A model generated the notes under the pieces. That model did not search any database. It had not been told where the DNA came from and was given only the letters and a program-made list of their open reading frames with translations. Of a stretch of DNA of 64,000 bases, positions 47,050-59,270 are shown in pieces. The position numbers and the translations under genes were made by a program. The DNA is from Hypanus sabinus. Lineage: Eukaryota. The DNA lies in contig NC_082717.1 in the NCBI RefSeq assembly GCF_030144855.1, positions 4,154,001-4,218,000 of the forward strand, read 5' to 3'. Position 1 is the stretch's first letter, and each line of letters begins with the position of its first letter.

Positions 47050-50000
47050 TGTACTAAATGACCTCCTCCTGAGTATCATCCATATCCAAAATCAATTAAA
47101 GATAAGGGTTATTAACTCTTTTTTAATTGATTTTGGCTTGGTTGAAATTTGCAGACATTGACATCCTAATAACAGAGATTATTCTTTATTTTCACATGTT
47201 CTCAAAAAATATTCAAGAATTGATTATTTTATAGCTGATCCCTGATTTTTGTCCAAAGTCCAGAAATGTGAATATGATGCTATCGTTTCTCGGATCATGC
47301 ACCTTTAAGCTTAGCTTTTGAATTGAATTATGTTGTTATTGCAAATTTGCCTTGGCATTTTCCAGGAAACTTATTACAAAGTTCAGACTTTGTCAAATTT
47401 ATTGAGACTCAGATAAAAGATTATTTTCTTTTTATAATACAGGAGATGTGTCAAAATAAATTATATGGGTACATTTAAAGCATTTTTTTGTGGTCAAGAT
47501 AATCTCCTATTTAGCTAAGCTTAAGAAACAGACAAAAACAGAGTTAGATAAGATTTCAAAACAATTTAAAGACTTGGATAATATTTATACAGTCTTTCCT
47601 AACATTGATTTATTCAAACAAAGAGTTTAACTCAAATCACAATATAATTTATTATTAACTTATCCTATTGAAAGAAATTTGCTTAAATTGAAAAGTCAAT
47701 TTTTTGTGTTTGGGGTTAAAAATAATAAGCTGTTAGCGTCTCAATTAAAAGCAGCTAGAGTTAAAAGACAAATTTTAAAAATCTGTAAGGGAGACAGTAG
47801 TTTAGCATGTAAGTATGAAGATATTAATAAAATTTTTCAAGACTTTAACATTGAACTTTATAAATCTCAGTTTCCAGTTGATTCTTCTAAAATGAATGCC
47901 CTTTTACAAAACATCAATTTTCCTTAAATTTCTGTTGAAGTTCAACAAACTCCTGATGCTCTTATTACTGAAAATGAAATTCAGAAAGCTAGTTTTTCAA
48001 TGCAGTCTGGTAAAGCTCCTGGACTGGATGGTTATTCCATAAGAATTTATAAAAAAATTGAACAATTGCTTTCTCCATATATGTTGGAAACGCTTAAAGA
48101 TTCTTTTTTGATAGGAGAGTTACCTCCTATATTTTATGAAGATAAAGATCCTATTGACTGTGCTTCATTTTGTTTAATTTTTCAGTTTTTTTTTATTGAT
48201 TTTCAAATAAAGAATATACAAATCAGAGGAAGAGTTTAGCAAACATAATATAAAAGACATATAAACAGCAATAATAAAAACAGAAAAAATATAATGGAAA
48301 AACCAAATCGGTAAAATATTATGCTGTTATATATACAATGGTAAAAAAAACTACAACTCCTCATAGCAATCATAAAAAAATGATTGGAAATTTTATTGAT
48401 AAAGGGGAAAAAAACCCACTAACTAAACTAGTGCTTCATATAGACCTAGTTCAGTATTAAATGTGGATGCTAAAATTCTTTCAAAATTAATGTCTAATTG
48501 GCTGGAGAATTTTGTAGCTACAATTATCTCTCAAGACCAAACAGATTTTGTAAAGGGCCGTTATTCCTTCTCTAATGTTCAGAGACTGGTAAATGTAATA
48601 TATTCATCCTTTTCTAAGACTCCCCAATGTGTTGTCTCTCTCGATGCTGAAAAGGCATTTGACAGAGTTGAATGGAAATACTTATTTAGCGTTTTGGAGA
48701 AATTCAGCTTAGGGATTAATTTTAATAAGTGGATCAGAATGATATATAAAAGCCCTATCGCTACTGTTATTACTAACAATTGTAGATCTCCTTTTCTCGG
48801 CTTTCGCGATGTATGAGACAAGGATGTCCATTAAGTCCCTTGTTATTTAATTTGGTGTTTGAACCTGTGGCTAATGCACTTGGTGAAGCTAAAGATATTC
48901 ATGGAATTTTCATAAATGGAACTACTCATAAGCTCTCCCTTTATGCTGATGATCTCAGTTTATATTTTGAATCCTGAAGAAACCATTCCTAGTTTATTGA
49001 AACTATTAAACAAATTTGGGAAGTTTTCAGGATATAAAGTAAATCTTTGTAAAAGTGAATTATTTCCCCCAAATGATTCTGCTTCTATATTTGATGAAAT
49101 TCCTTTTAGAGTAATGGACTATTTAAAAAATTAGGTATTATTTTTACTAAAAATTATAAAGACCTTTATAAAGCTAATTTGGTTCCTTTAGTGGATTTTA
49201 TGAAGCAATTATTTTGTAGATGGAATCCACTTACACTTCCGTTAGCCGCCAAATCCATGCAGTTAAAATAATGATTTTACCAAAATTTTTATATGTATTT
49301 CAAAATATCCTTTTTTTTACAAAATAGTGTTTTGATCAGCTGACTCTATCTTTTGTTTAGAATAATAAAATACCATGAATTGGTAAATATCATTTACAAA
49401 AATTAAAAAAGGATGGAGGTCTTACTTTGCCAAATTTAAGAATGTATTATTGGGCTGTTAATATATGTTATATGTATTTTAGGTTATATTGGGCTGAAAA
49501 AAATGAATGACCACCTTGGGCTGATTTGGAATTGAATGCTGTGAAAGAATTTCACTTAACCTCATTATTTAGAACTTCTCTACCTGTACAACTGGCCAAA
49601 ATTATTAATTTAAATTTATACCCTATGATTAAGCAGTCATTATGAATTTGGTTCCAGTTTTGTAATTTTTTCAATCTTAAAAAAAATTAAACTTTTTAGT
49701 TTAATTTATCAAAAATATTTATTTAAACCTTCATTAAGAGATCCTAACTTTCTTCTTTGGAGGAATAAAGGAGCTTATTCCTTCATGGATCTGTTCCAAG
49801 ATGGCTGATTGATGTCTTTTGAGAAATTAGTAACTAAATACTCTCTCTCGTATTCACATTTCCTGCAATATCTTCAGGTCAGACACTTCTTACAAGAATA
49901 TTTAAGTAATTTTCCGTATATACAGGATTCGGACCTGTTACATATCATTTTAAAAATGAACCCTTTAGTGAAGAGATTTATTGGGAAATTTTATAATTTA

Positions 50001-50920
50001 TTGTTAAAACAGCACAATTACCCTTCCCTTAAGATTAAGCAAGATTGGGAGAGAGAGCTCAACATGACCTTGATCACAGAGGTTTGGTTGCTGATTTTGA
50101 AGTTGGTTAACTCTTCTTCGAGCTGTGCCAGTCACTCTTTAATTCAATTTAAAATTGTACATCATTACTTTTTGACAAAGGAGAGACTGTCTAAAATGTT
50201 TCCTAATGTTGATAGTCAGTGTGAAAGATATAAAACTGAGACAGCCACATTGACACATGTGTTTTGGTCCTGTCTGTATTGAAACATTTTTGGAAATCTA
50301 TTTTCTCTACTATTTCTAAAGTTTTAAAAATTAATTTACAACCTAATAAATTGACAGTTCTGTTTGGCATAATCCCTCAATATATTCATGGTACTTCTCT
50401 ATCAGACCAACATCTAATTGCATTTGTTACAATATTGGTCAGAAGGGCTATTTTGTTGAAGTGGAAAGGTGCTTCTGTTCCTACTTTGAAAATCAGAAGT
50501 CAAACTTTTGATCCTCGATTTGATTTTGAGAAAAGGTTGGGTTCACTTGCCCGCTACTATCATCTGATTTGAGTTAATTAATATGGTTTCCTTCTGATTT
50601 TTGTCTAAGTAGATTTGAGTTGGCAGATTGATGTCTTTCTTCTACAGAAGCTTGTATGATGTATAGCTCCGGGGTTGTGCTTCCAATGGGATTTTGTTTT
50701 GTTTATTTTAGTTAGTAGGGGTTCTTTTTTTTCTTTCTTTCCTACTTTCAAACAATATTCTTAATGTTTTATTTTTTCTTCTTATTATTGATATATTGCT
50801 TAGCTTTGTTAATCAGTTATTTGTTAATTGAATTCTTCATTGTACATAATGACATATTGACTTGATTACCTTAATGTACTTCTTTTGTTAATCTTCAATA
50901 ATAATTAATAAAAAAAGATT
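47050..50920 (+). mobile_element. Degraded 5'-truncated L1/Tx1-clade LINE
   Basis: AT-rich. EN end (DY...SDHAP-like), RT motifs GKAPGLDG, NVDAKIL and SLDAEKAFDRVEW, C-terminal C..C....ATLTHVFWSC, then AATAAA and an A-tail at ~50905. Confidence 0.85.
48169..48430 (-). mobile_element. 262-bp antisense retroposed insertion in the L1, 9-bp TSD GTGCTTCAT
   Basis: TSD at 48160-48168 and 48431-48439. T-rich start with tttattg. The host frame DPIDCAS|YRP..LNVDAK is restored when the insert is removed. Confidence 0.8.
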
Positions 50921-51206
50921 TTTAAATGCCCACACAATGTCCATATTCCTCCACTTCCTGCCAGATCATGTCTCTATCCAAGGACCACTTGAACGTCTCT
51001 GTCATATTTGTCTCCACTCCCACCCCTGGCAGTGAAATCCAGACTCTCCCCCCTCTCTGTTTCAGAAACTTGCCCCTCATATCTGCTTTGAAATTACCCT
51101 CTTTCACTTTCAATACCTGCCCTCTGGGACGAGACATTTCACCGATGGGGAAAAGACACTGGTATCTATCTGTGCCCCACATGATATTTAATATATTAAT
51201 ATATTT

Positions 51207-51480
51207 GGGCACCACGGTTGGGTAGTGGTTAGCGTGATGATATTTCAGCTCGGGACATTGGAGTTCTGAGTTCAATCCCAGCATACTCTCTGAGGATATT
51301 GTACGTCCACCCTGTGGAACAAGTGGGTTTTCCCTGGGTGCCTCGGTTTTCTCCCACCGTTCAAAGATGTATCAGATAGGCTGATTGGTCATTGGAAATT
51401 GTTCTGTGATTGGGTCCAGGTTAAATCAGGGCTGTTGGGGGTTGCTGGTCAGCATGAGTTAATGGGTCAGACGGGCTGAC
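51207..51480 (+). mobile_element. tRNA-derived V-SINE (HE1-like)
   Basis: A-box-like tagtggttagc, B-box-like gagttcaatccc, and the V-SINE core gggttttccctgggtgcctcggttttctcccac. A similar copy lies at ~26090-26270. Confidence 0.7.
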
Positions 51481-52890
51481 TCCACACTGTATCTGTAAAC
51501 AAACAAACAAACCTCCAACAGTTCTCCCCTCAGCCTTCGCCACTCCAGAGGAAACAACCCTCGTCTGTCCAACATCTTCCTACAGAGCGTGGCCTCTAAT
51601 CCAGGCAGCGTCCTGGTGAAACTCTTCTTCACCCTCTTCAAAGCCTCCACATCCTTCCTGTAATGGGGCAACCAGAACGCAGTTCAATACCCCAAATGGG
51701 ACATAACCTGAGTTTTATATGAATATAACCCACATGAATTTCTGACTCTTGAACTCAAACCCTTGACTAATAAAGGTAAGCATGTCATTTGCCAATCTAA
51801 AAGCCAAAAGATATGTGACCTATTAAAAGACTATCTGAAAGTTCCTTGAACTTCACCAATCTGCCTGCTTCCACAAGCACCTCTCCTAAACCCTGTCCAC
51901 ATACCTACTGTATATTACACTGTATATAAATAAATACATTGCCCTTCCCAACACACTATGGTTCTGGAAATGTAACTTCCTTCTCCAAGCAGGGAGAGAG
52001 GCAGAATCAAGGGAATTCTGGGCCAGTTACTCTGATCTCGGTGGTTGGGAAGACATTAGGGTTGATTGTTCAGGATGTGGTTTTGGGCTACTTAGGGATA
52101 TGTGAGAAAATAGGCCACAGTCTGGATGGTTTCATTGATAAAATCTTGCCTGGCAATCTGTTGGTATTATTCGAATAAATAACAAACAGGATACACAAAG
52201 AAGAATTGGCTAATGTTGTGCATTAAGTCTGTGGTGAATGTGATGTTAGCTTTGGTTTCTGGAATGTAAAAGCAAGAATGTAATGTTGAGACTATAGAGC
52301 TCTGGTGAGACCTCACTTAGAGTATTCTGAGCAATTTTGGGCCCTTATTGAAGAAAGGGTGTGCTGACATTGGAAAGTTTCAAAGGAGGTTCACGGAAAT
52401 CATTCCAGGTTTAAACCACTTGTCACATGAAGTGTGTTTCATGGCTCTGGGTCTGGTTTTAGAAGAACGAGGGTAGACCTAATTAATACATATTGTGACG
52501 AGTATTCTGTCCACGATGACAGATGAGAAGAGCTCGTTTATCTCAAATGCTGGTTTTTATTGTGACAAGCACGCCATCACTCAGTGAGAAGCCACTCAGT
52601 CACAGAGACTGGGGAAGTGATTATCACAGACCCCGGTTACAGTCAGGGTGACCCACCAACACACATGAACTTCCCACCATAATCCAACAAACGCATTTTA
52701 AAACAAGAATAATAGGTTGTGCCGGTCATCAGATACATCACAACAGGCGTGTGAGATGTGTCTGTTGTGTGAGAACAAGTCGGCAAGGATTATGCTGAGC
52801 AGACCGAAGTGTCACCACACAAATGTTAGCATGCCAATAGTTTTCTAACACTAACCCATACATCCTTTTCGGGATGTGGGAGGAAACCAG

Positions 52891-53665
52891 AACACTCGGG
52901 GAGACCCACACGGACACGGGTAGAACGTACAAACTCCTTACAGACAGCAGCAGGATTGAATCCCGATCTTACAGTGACACTGAACCGGAACACTCGGGGA
53001 GACCCACACGGACACGGGTAGAACGTACAAACTCCTTACAGACAGCAGCAGGATTGAATCCCGATCTTACAGTGACACTGAACCGGAACACTCGGGGAGA
53101 CCCACACGGACACGGGTAGAACGTACAAACTCCTTACAGACAGCAGCAGGATTGAATCCCGATCTTACAGTGACACTGAACCGGAACACTCGGGGAGACC
53201 CACACGGACACGGGTAGAACGTACAAACTCCTTACAGACAGCAGCAGGATTGAATCCCGATCTTACAGTGACACTGAACCGGAACACTCGGGGAGACCCA
53301 CACGGACACGGGTAGAACGTACAAACTCCTTACAGACAGCAGCAGGATTGAATCCCGATCTTACAGTGACACTGAACCGGAACACTCGGGGAGACCCACA
53401 CGGACACGGGTAGAACGTACAAACTCCTTACAGACAGCAGCAGGATTGAATCCCGATCTTACAGTGACACTGAACCGGAACACTCGGGGAGACCCACAAG
53501 GACACGGGTAGAACGTACAAACTCCTTACAGACAGCAGCAGGATTGAATCCCGATCTTACAGTGACACTGAACCGGAACACTCGGGGAGACCCACACGGA
53601 CACGGGTAGAACGTACAAACTCCTTACAGACAGCAGCAGGATTGAATCCCTATCTTACAGTGACA
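52891..53665 (-). repeat. SINE-derived minisatellite, ~8 x 98 bp
   Basis: aacactcggggag recurs at 52891, 52989, 53087, 53185, 53283, 53381, 53479 and 53577. It continues an antisense V-SINE (gtgggaggaaaccagaacac). Confidence 0.9.
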
Positions 53666-55170
53666 ATGTAAAGCATTACACGAATGGATACACAAACTGA
53701 TATACTCCAACACTCTAGGGGGAATAACACAAATTTGTCCAATCTTTTGTCAGGCTGATGTGGTCACACAAAGGCCAGTGGGTGTGTGGACCACACCCCG
53801 ACAGTGGATGGTCCTTGCTTTGTAAACCACAGTATGGTTCTCCTTTCATGTGGTTCATCAGACATAAGACTGGTGTGAGGACGACAACCCGTGATACTTG
53901 CACACCTCCTGACCATGAGGCTGTGCTTTATTAACCTCCTGGTCCCAGGCTGTGGTGGTCTCCCAAGGTGGGCTATTCATTGCTGTTGGTTGGACTCACC
54001 CCCCCCCCCTCCCACCAGCCCACCCATCTCTGGATCTGCACTCCAATTGCCCATTCCACTCCTAACCCGTCTCCACAACACTCCCATTCATAAAGTGTTC
54101 AGGACAAGTGACATCACAGGGAAGATTGCTGCTGATTGGCTCACACAACACCTACTGACGAGAGGAGGAGAAGTTGGAGTATCTGCTTGATTGTGGCTTT
54201 CTGATGTAAGATGAGAATTTAAAAATAATGAAATCTTTAGAGACTGTGGAATAATTGCATAAAATCCCTCAATTTCATTTTCTCTGCTTGATTATATTAA
54301 ATTGACTGCTTAAACCATTCAACAGCTGTACAGTAAAAATTGGAAACTTCTAACAAGGTTGCAGCTTAACCTGTGAGGGCAAGTGCGGAAGATCAGGAGA
54401 GGGCAGCTGGAGGCAGCAAATTCTTCAAAAGCGATCTGAAACAGACACAGAATCTGTCTCGGCCCCAGGTCATCGGTAGAGTATTATGAGAGCTCTGAGT
54501 GTTTTTGCAGTTGTGTTTTCATGTTCTGCGTTTATTCATTATAATTATCTGCATTGCATTTTGGATTTTTATGGGTTAATTTTAGGTTTTCTCTGCTTAA
54601 CATTGACGTTGCAATTGTGATTGAATATTTCCAGTTAATTCTCCGAGACTCCGCAGGTGTCCAATTACATATGCTTGGACTTTTGTCTCTTATTCGAATA
54701 GTCACTTAAAAACTTGTTATTCCTCTGAGCACACAGTCTTCCATGCCCTAGAGTGTATTTAAAGGGACGATGCTAACCTCTCATTGGCTTTGTTGTTCTG
54801 ATCCTTGCTGAGTGAAGTTGTGGCTGAGTTATCCAAGACTTTGTAAGTTCTACTGTTCATTTTGTCTCTTATGTTAATAAAATTCCAAGATTTGTTTAAA
54901 CGTTCCGAGAGAATTTGTGATCCTGTGCTTGTGTCCGAATGCTCAGCCTGCCAGGAAGCGATGGGGGATTTCAGCTGAGATCCATTGCCTGAGGTTCCAT
55001 GCTGGGTGGGAATGTCGGGAGGTGATGTTTGTCTCTCTGAAAGACCAGGATTTGGAACATCTCTCTCAAGCCAGGACATGGCTGTAGAGGAGCGACTGTA
55101 GTTCACACCAAGATTCTGGTTCAAGGACACAGGAATGCAGTGGCTCTCAGGGATCCCACGGTGAGGGAGA

Positions 55171-55340
55171 CAGGCATTCCCGGAGTCTGCAGAGTGTCTG
55201 CACCCTACGTGTCACTGTGGTGTGTACCTGATCAAATGTCAGGCATTCCCGGATTCTGCAGAGTGTCTGCACCCTACGTGTCACTGTGGTGTGTACCTGA
55301 CCAAATGTCAGGCATTCCCGGAGTCTGCAGAGTGTCTGAG
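55171..55340. repeat. Tandem repeat, ~2.5 x 69 bp
   Basis: caggcattcccgga at 55171, 55240 and 55309. Confidence 0.85.
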
Positions 55341-55396
55341 ACCCACATGTCTATCAGAAATGGAGTTACTGTTGAAAAATGAGAAATGGGGCAGAA

Positions 55397-56603
55397 TGTT
55401 AATTAAACCTCCAACAGCAGGGGTGTGTATTCAGGTGTCACAGGTATGTAATGTATTATGTGAGTATTCATAGATCAGAGTGCGTATGATGTCAGAACAC
55501 GGGTTTTGTGAAGTGGAAGTCTGGTGAATAAACGTGTGTGTTTAATACTGCGGTGTCCGAGTCACACGCTAATGAAAATAATAACAGCAATCCAAGAGAG
55601 CCTTTGCTTCCCCGTCCACTACCAGGAAGACCATGGGAGAAGCTTGGCACAGATCTCTTTCACTACAATGGTGCAGAATATCTGCTTTGTGTGGACTACT
55701 ATTCAAAATATCTGGAAATCACCAAGTTAAGTGACACGTCCAGTCAAGGTTTCATTACCGCAATGATGTCGACATTTGCAAGACATGGTATTCCAGATAT
55801 TGTCGTCAGTGACAATGGTCCACAGTATGCCAGCGGTGAGTTTAGAGAGTTTTCAGAAAGCTGGGAATTTCAACATGTTACTTCCAGTCCTGGGCACGCT
55901 CAGTCTAATGGACAAGCAGAGAGAACTGTACAAACTGTGAAGAACATGCTCAAGAAGTCACACAGCAGCAACAGTGACCCGTACATTGCTCTGCTTGAAT
56001 ACCGCAACACACCGATTGAGGGTGTGGGGTTCTCTCCTGCACAGCTGTTGATGGGACGTCGTCTGAAGTCCAAGGTGCCAACATCCACAACTCTACTGAC
56101 TCCTGAAAGTAATGCTCAAGTACATGACAAGCTAAAGTACAAGCAAATAAAGCAAAAGAGCTACTATGATAGACATACAAGACAGTTACCAGATCTGCAT
56201 ATAGGTGAAAATGTCAGAATACAGAGAGGAGACACTTGGCAGCCGGCTGTGGTTGTGAACAGGCATCAGCAACCAAGATCCTTCATAGTTTGCACGCCGG
56301 ATGGAAGAGTCTACGGGGGAACAGGAAGCATCTGCTGAAGACAGGTGAGAGGGTGTTTCCACGTACAGATACACAGGACATTTCCACGGATACAGTCATG
56401 GAAACAAACGACACCAAGAGTGAGGGGCGTGACGAAACCCCACGACACAATAATGGTGAAAGTTCGGTGCAGACAGACCGTGGTGGAAATGCATACACAG
56501 AGATTACTCGAGAGACTGACTCTGAAGGATAAGCAGCACAGTCACAGTTCTATCGCACAAGGTCTGGGAGACCAGTCAAACTTCCAGCTAGATACAGAGA
56601 CTA
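55397..56603 (+). mobile_element. Internally deleted Ty3/Gypsy element: 190-bp LTR fused directly to integrase
   Basis: TGTTA(55397)...AATAAA...TAACA(55586), then an integrase core PWEKLGTDLF, VSDNGPQY, SNGQAER (DDE) and SPAQLLMGR. A frameshifted tail ends GRPVKLPARYRD*. Confidence 0.85.
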
Positions 56604-56759
56604 GATCTACCTACAGTCTCGCACAGTTTGAGACATTCAGCCCCTCAGACTGTCCCACTCCTCAGTATGACCACGGATGGTCTGCCCCAGACCTTATCTC
56701 CCCTTTTATCCACAGCTCTCAATTCTCTGATCTTTCAACAATCTGATTACTTTCTCTTT

Positions 56760-57370
56760 AACTACTCAGAGATTCAGCATTGAGAAGAACAACTTTGTTT
56801 GTACCTATGGCTGTGAAATCCCACCTCAGGCCAATGTTAATCAGGCTTTAGATGATCTGAGCAATGAGATCAACATGCACGAAACGGCACACCCTAATGC
56901 CTTCACCATTGTTTTGGGAGATGTTTACCAGGCCTGTCTGGAAAAATCACTAAGCAACTACCATCAACAGATCACTTGCAATACCAAAGGAAACAACGCG
57001 CTGGACCATTGCCACACCAACATGAAGAATGCCTACCGTACTATTCCCCATGCCCTCACTTCAGGAAGCCTGATCACTTGGCTGTACTTCTACCCCCTGA
57101 GTATAGGCAGAGACTGAAGCCTGTCGTGAGGACTAAAAAGGTTTGGACAAGGGAAGCACAGGAGCACCTACAGGACAGCTTTGAATCGGTGGACTGGATT
57201 GTATTCAGGGATTCATCTTCAAACCTGGATGAGTATGCTGTAGATGTTACCGACTTCATTAAAACCTGTGTGATGAGTGTGTGCCTACAAAGACTTACTG
57301 TACATTCCCAAACTAAAAGCTGTGGTTGAACCAGGAGGTACATCCTCTGCTGAAGGCTAGAGCTGTGGCA
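56760..57370 (+). mobile_element. Rex1/Babar-like LINE endonuclease-region fragment
   Basis: HETAHPNAFTIVLGD...YHQQITC.T.GNNALDHC, followed by DH/PEYRQRLK and SVDWIVF. Confidence 0.65.
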
Positions 57371-57744
57371 TTCAAGTTAGAATGAAGTAGTGATTAGAAT
57401 TAAAGTGGTTGCCCACCTGGGTTCCCACCATGGGAAGTAGCCTTTCCACATCTACTCTGTCTATGCCTTTTAACATCCGAAAGATTTCAATGAGATTCGC
57501 TGCTCATCCTTCTAAAGTCCAGCGAGTACAGACCCAGAGCCATCACCGTTCCTCGTACGATAACCCTTTCATTCCCGGAATTATCTTTGTGAACCTTGCC
57601 TGAACCCCTGCCAAGATTAGCACATCTTTTCAGAGATGAGGGACCCAAAACTGTTCACAATACTCAAGGTGAGGCTTCACCAGCGTCTTATAAAGCCTCA
57701 GCATCACCACCCTGCTCTTGTGTTCTAGATCACTTGAAATGCAT

Positions 57745-58433
57745 TGTGTTGCCCTTAAGGCATTTGTTTAGTTTATTATATTTTCGCTTTAGTAATTTGT
57801 TTGTAATTACTTTCCAGTTAAGGTTAAGGTTGTTGAAAGTAAATTCATTGTCTGTGATGTATCACGGCATGCGATAATGTCACACCCGGTTTCGCTGCGA
57901 CTTGCGAGAAAAGACCAGTTTGGAGAAATGGGAAGGAGGGGGCTCACATGTGCAGGATCAGCGCGAGAAAAGTTTCTTTCCACGCACTAGAAACATCATA
58001 GAAGCAATGCTGTAAGTTCATAAGATAATCGATATATTGAAGTAAAAATGTTAACACTGATTCTGTTAAAAGTAATGACGGTTGATAAAGTTTATGTTCT
58101 TTGTTATTTAAAGAGTTGCCGATAGTTTGTGTTGAAGTATTTAAAGCAGTTGATGGCATAGGTAGATTCTGACTGTATGTCGTATTTTAATGTAACATAG
58201 TTTGTTGTAGTTTTATTTTTCCAAGTATTTATGATGTAATTGTGATGCGAAGAAGGAAACAAATACTGTATATATTTTGTATTTTATCAACAGTTTTCAC
58301 CATACGTTAATGTGGAAGAGTGAACAGTAAACGGTTCATCTTACTGGGATCGCGCCTCATTGACTCCGGTTTATACTGTGTGTTTAGTTCAGAGTTTTTA
58401 CACCTGTGCAAGAACACTACGTGCATATTAACA
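57745..58433. mobile_element. Probable solo LTR inside a CR1 fragment
   Basis: TGT...TAACA termini, with CR1 antisense sequence on both sides (gaaatgcat and ttgcatttgccttc). The TSD is imperfect. Confidence 0.45.
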
Positions 58434-59241
58434 TTGCATTTGCCTTCTTCACCACTGACTCCAACTGCAAGTTAAACAACCACCTCTAGAATAAGAGGGT
58501 CCAGCCTCAGATAGAGGGGCATATATTTAAAACAGAGTTGCAGAGAAATTTCTTTAGCCACAGGGAGGTAAATTTGTGGAACTTATTACCATAGGCAGCT
58601 CTGGAGGGCAGGTCATTGTATGCATTTAACTTGATCAGATCTTGTTATGTGGCATCAAAGTTTATGAGGAGAAGGCTGGGGAGTGAGACTGAGGAGGTGA
58701 AAAAAGGATCAGCTATGACTGAATGGCAGAGCAGACTCAATGGGCCAAATGGCCTAATTCTGTCCTATGGCTTATGGTCTTATGGTCCTGACACTTCAGA
58801 CTGCAGATATCGCCCATGACACAGTGAGATACAACCAGTTTATCATAGTTCCATACATTGCACGGTTCCATATTCAAAGTACTTTTAGAATCTTCTCGTT
58901 GCATCTTCCTCTCAAACCATGTTTGTGAACGTTGTGTAGGTCGGGGGATTTGTTTAGTTGGCTATTTGATTACTAATTTATTTGGTTCAGCACAACATTA
59001 AGGGCCGAAGAGCCTGTTCCTGTACTATGTTTTATGTTCCATTCTCCCATTCAGACTCTTCATTAATATTGTATTGTCTGTTCTCACACCGTGAATTGCC
59101 CATATATTGAAACCAATCTGCTCTGTGAGGAAAGATCTCGACCTGAAATGTCGTCTGTCCATTCCCCTCCCCGATGCTGCCGGACCAGCTGAGCTCCTGC
59201 AGCACTTTGTGTGTGGCTGTGGTGAAGGGAGGTGTTTGTCA

Positions 59242-59270
59242 TGTAGCACCACAACCACCAGAGGGCGCTG
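59242..59270 (+). promoter_or_regulatory. CTCF-binding motif (core plus upstream module)
   Basis: CCACCAGAGGGCGC at 59255-59268 matches the CTCF core. It is preceded by TGTAGCACC, which resembles the upstream TGCAG module. A GC box (gggcggga) and a CCAAT follow within ~110 bp, in non-repetitive sequence. Confidence 0.65.

Noticed and set aside
55044-55160. 117-bp AG/GT-bounded open segment (TRIWNISLKPGHGCRG...RDPT)
   Set aside because: The splice signals are plausible, but I found no partner exons or recognisable homology, so it is unsupported without RNA data.
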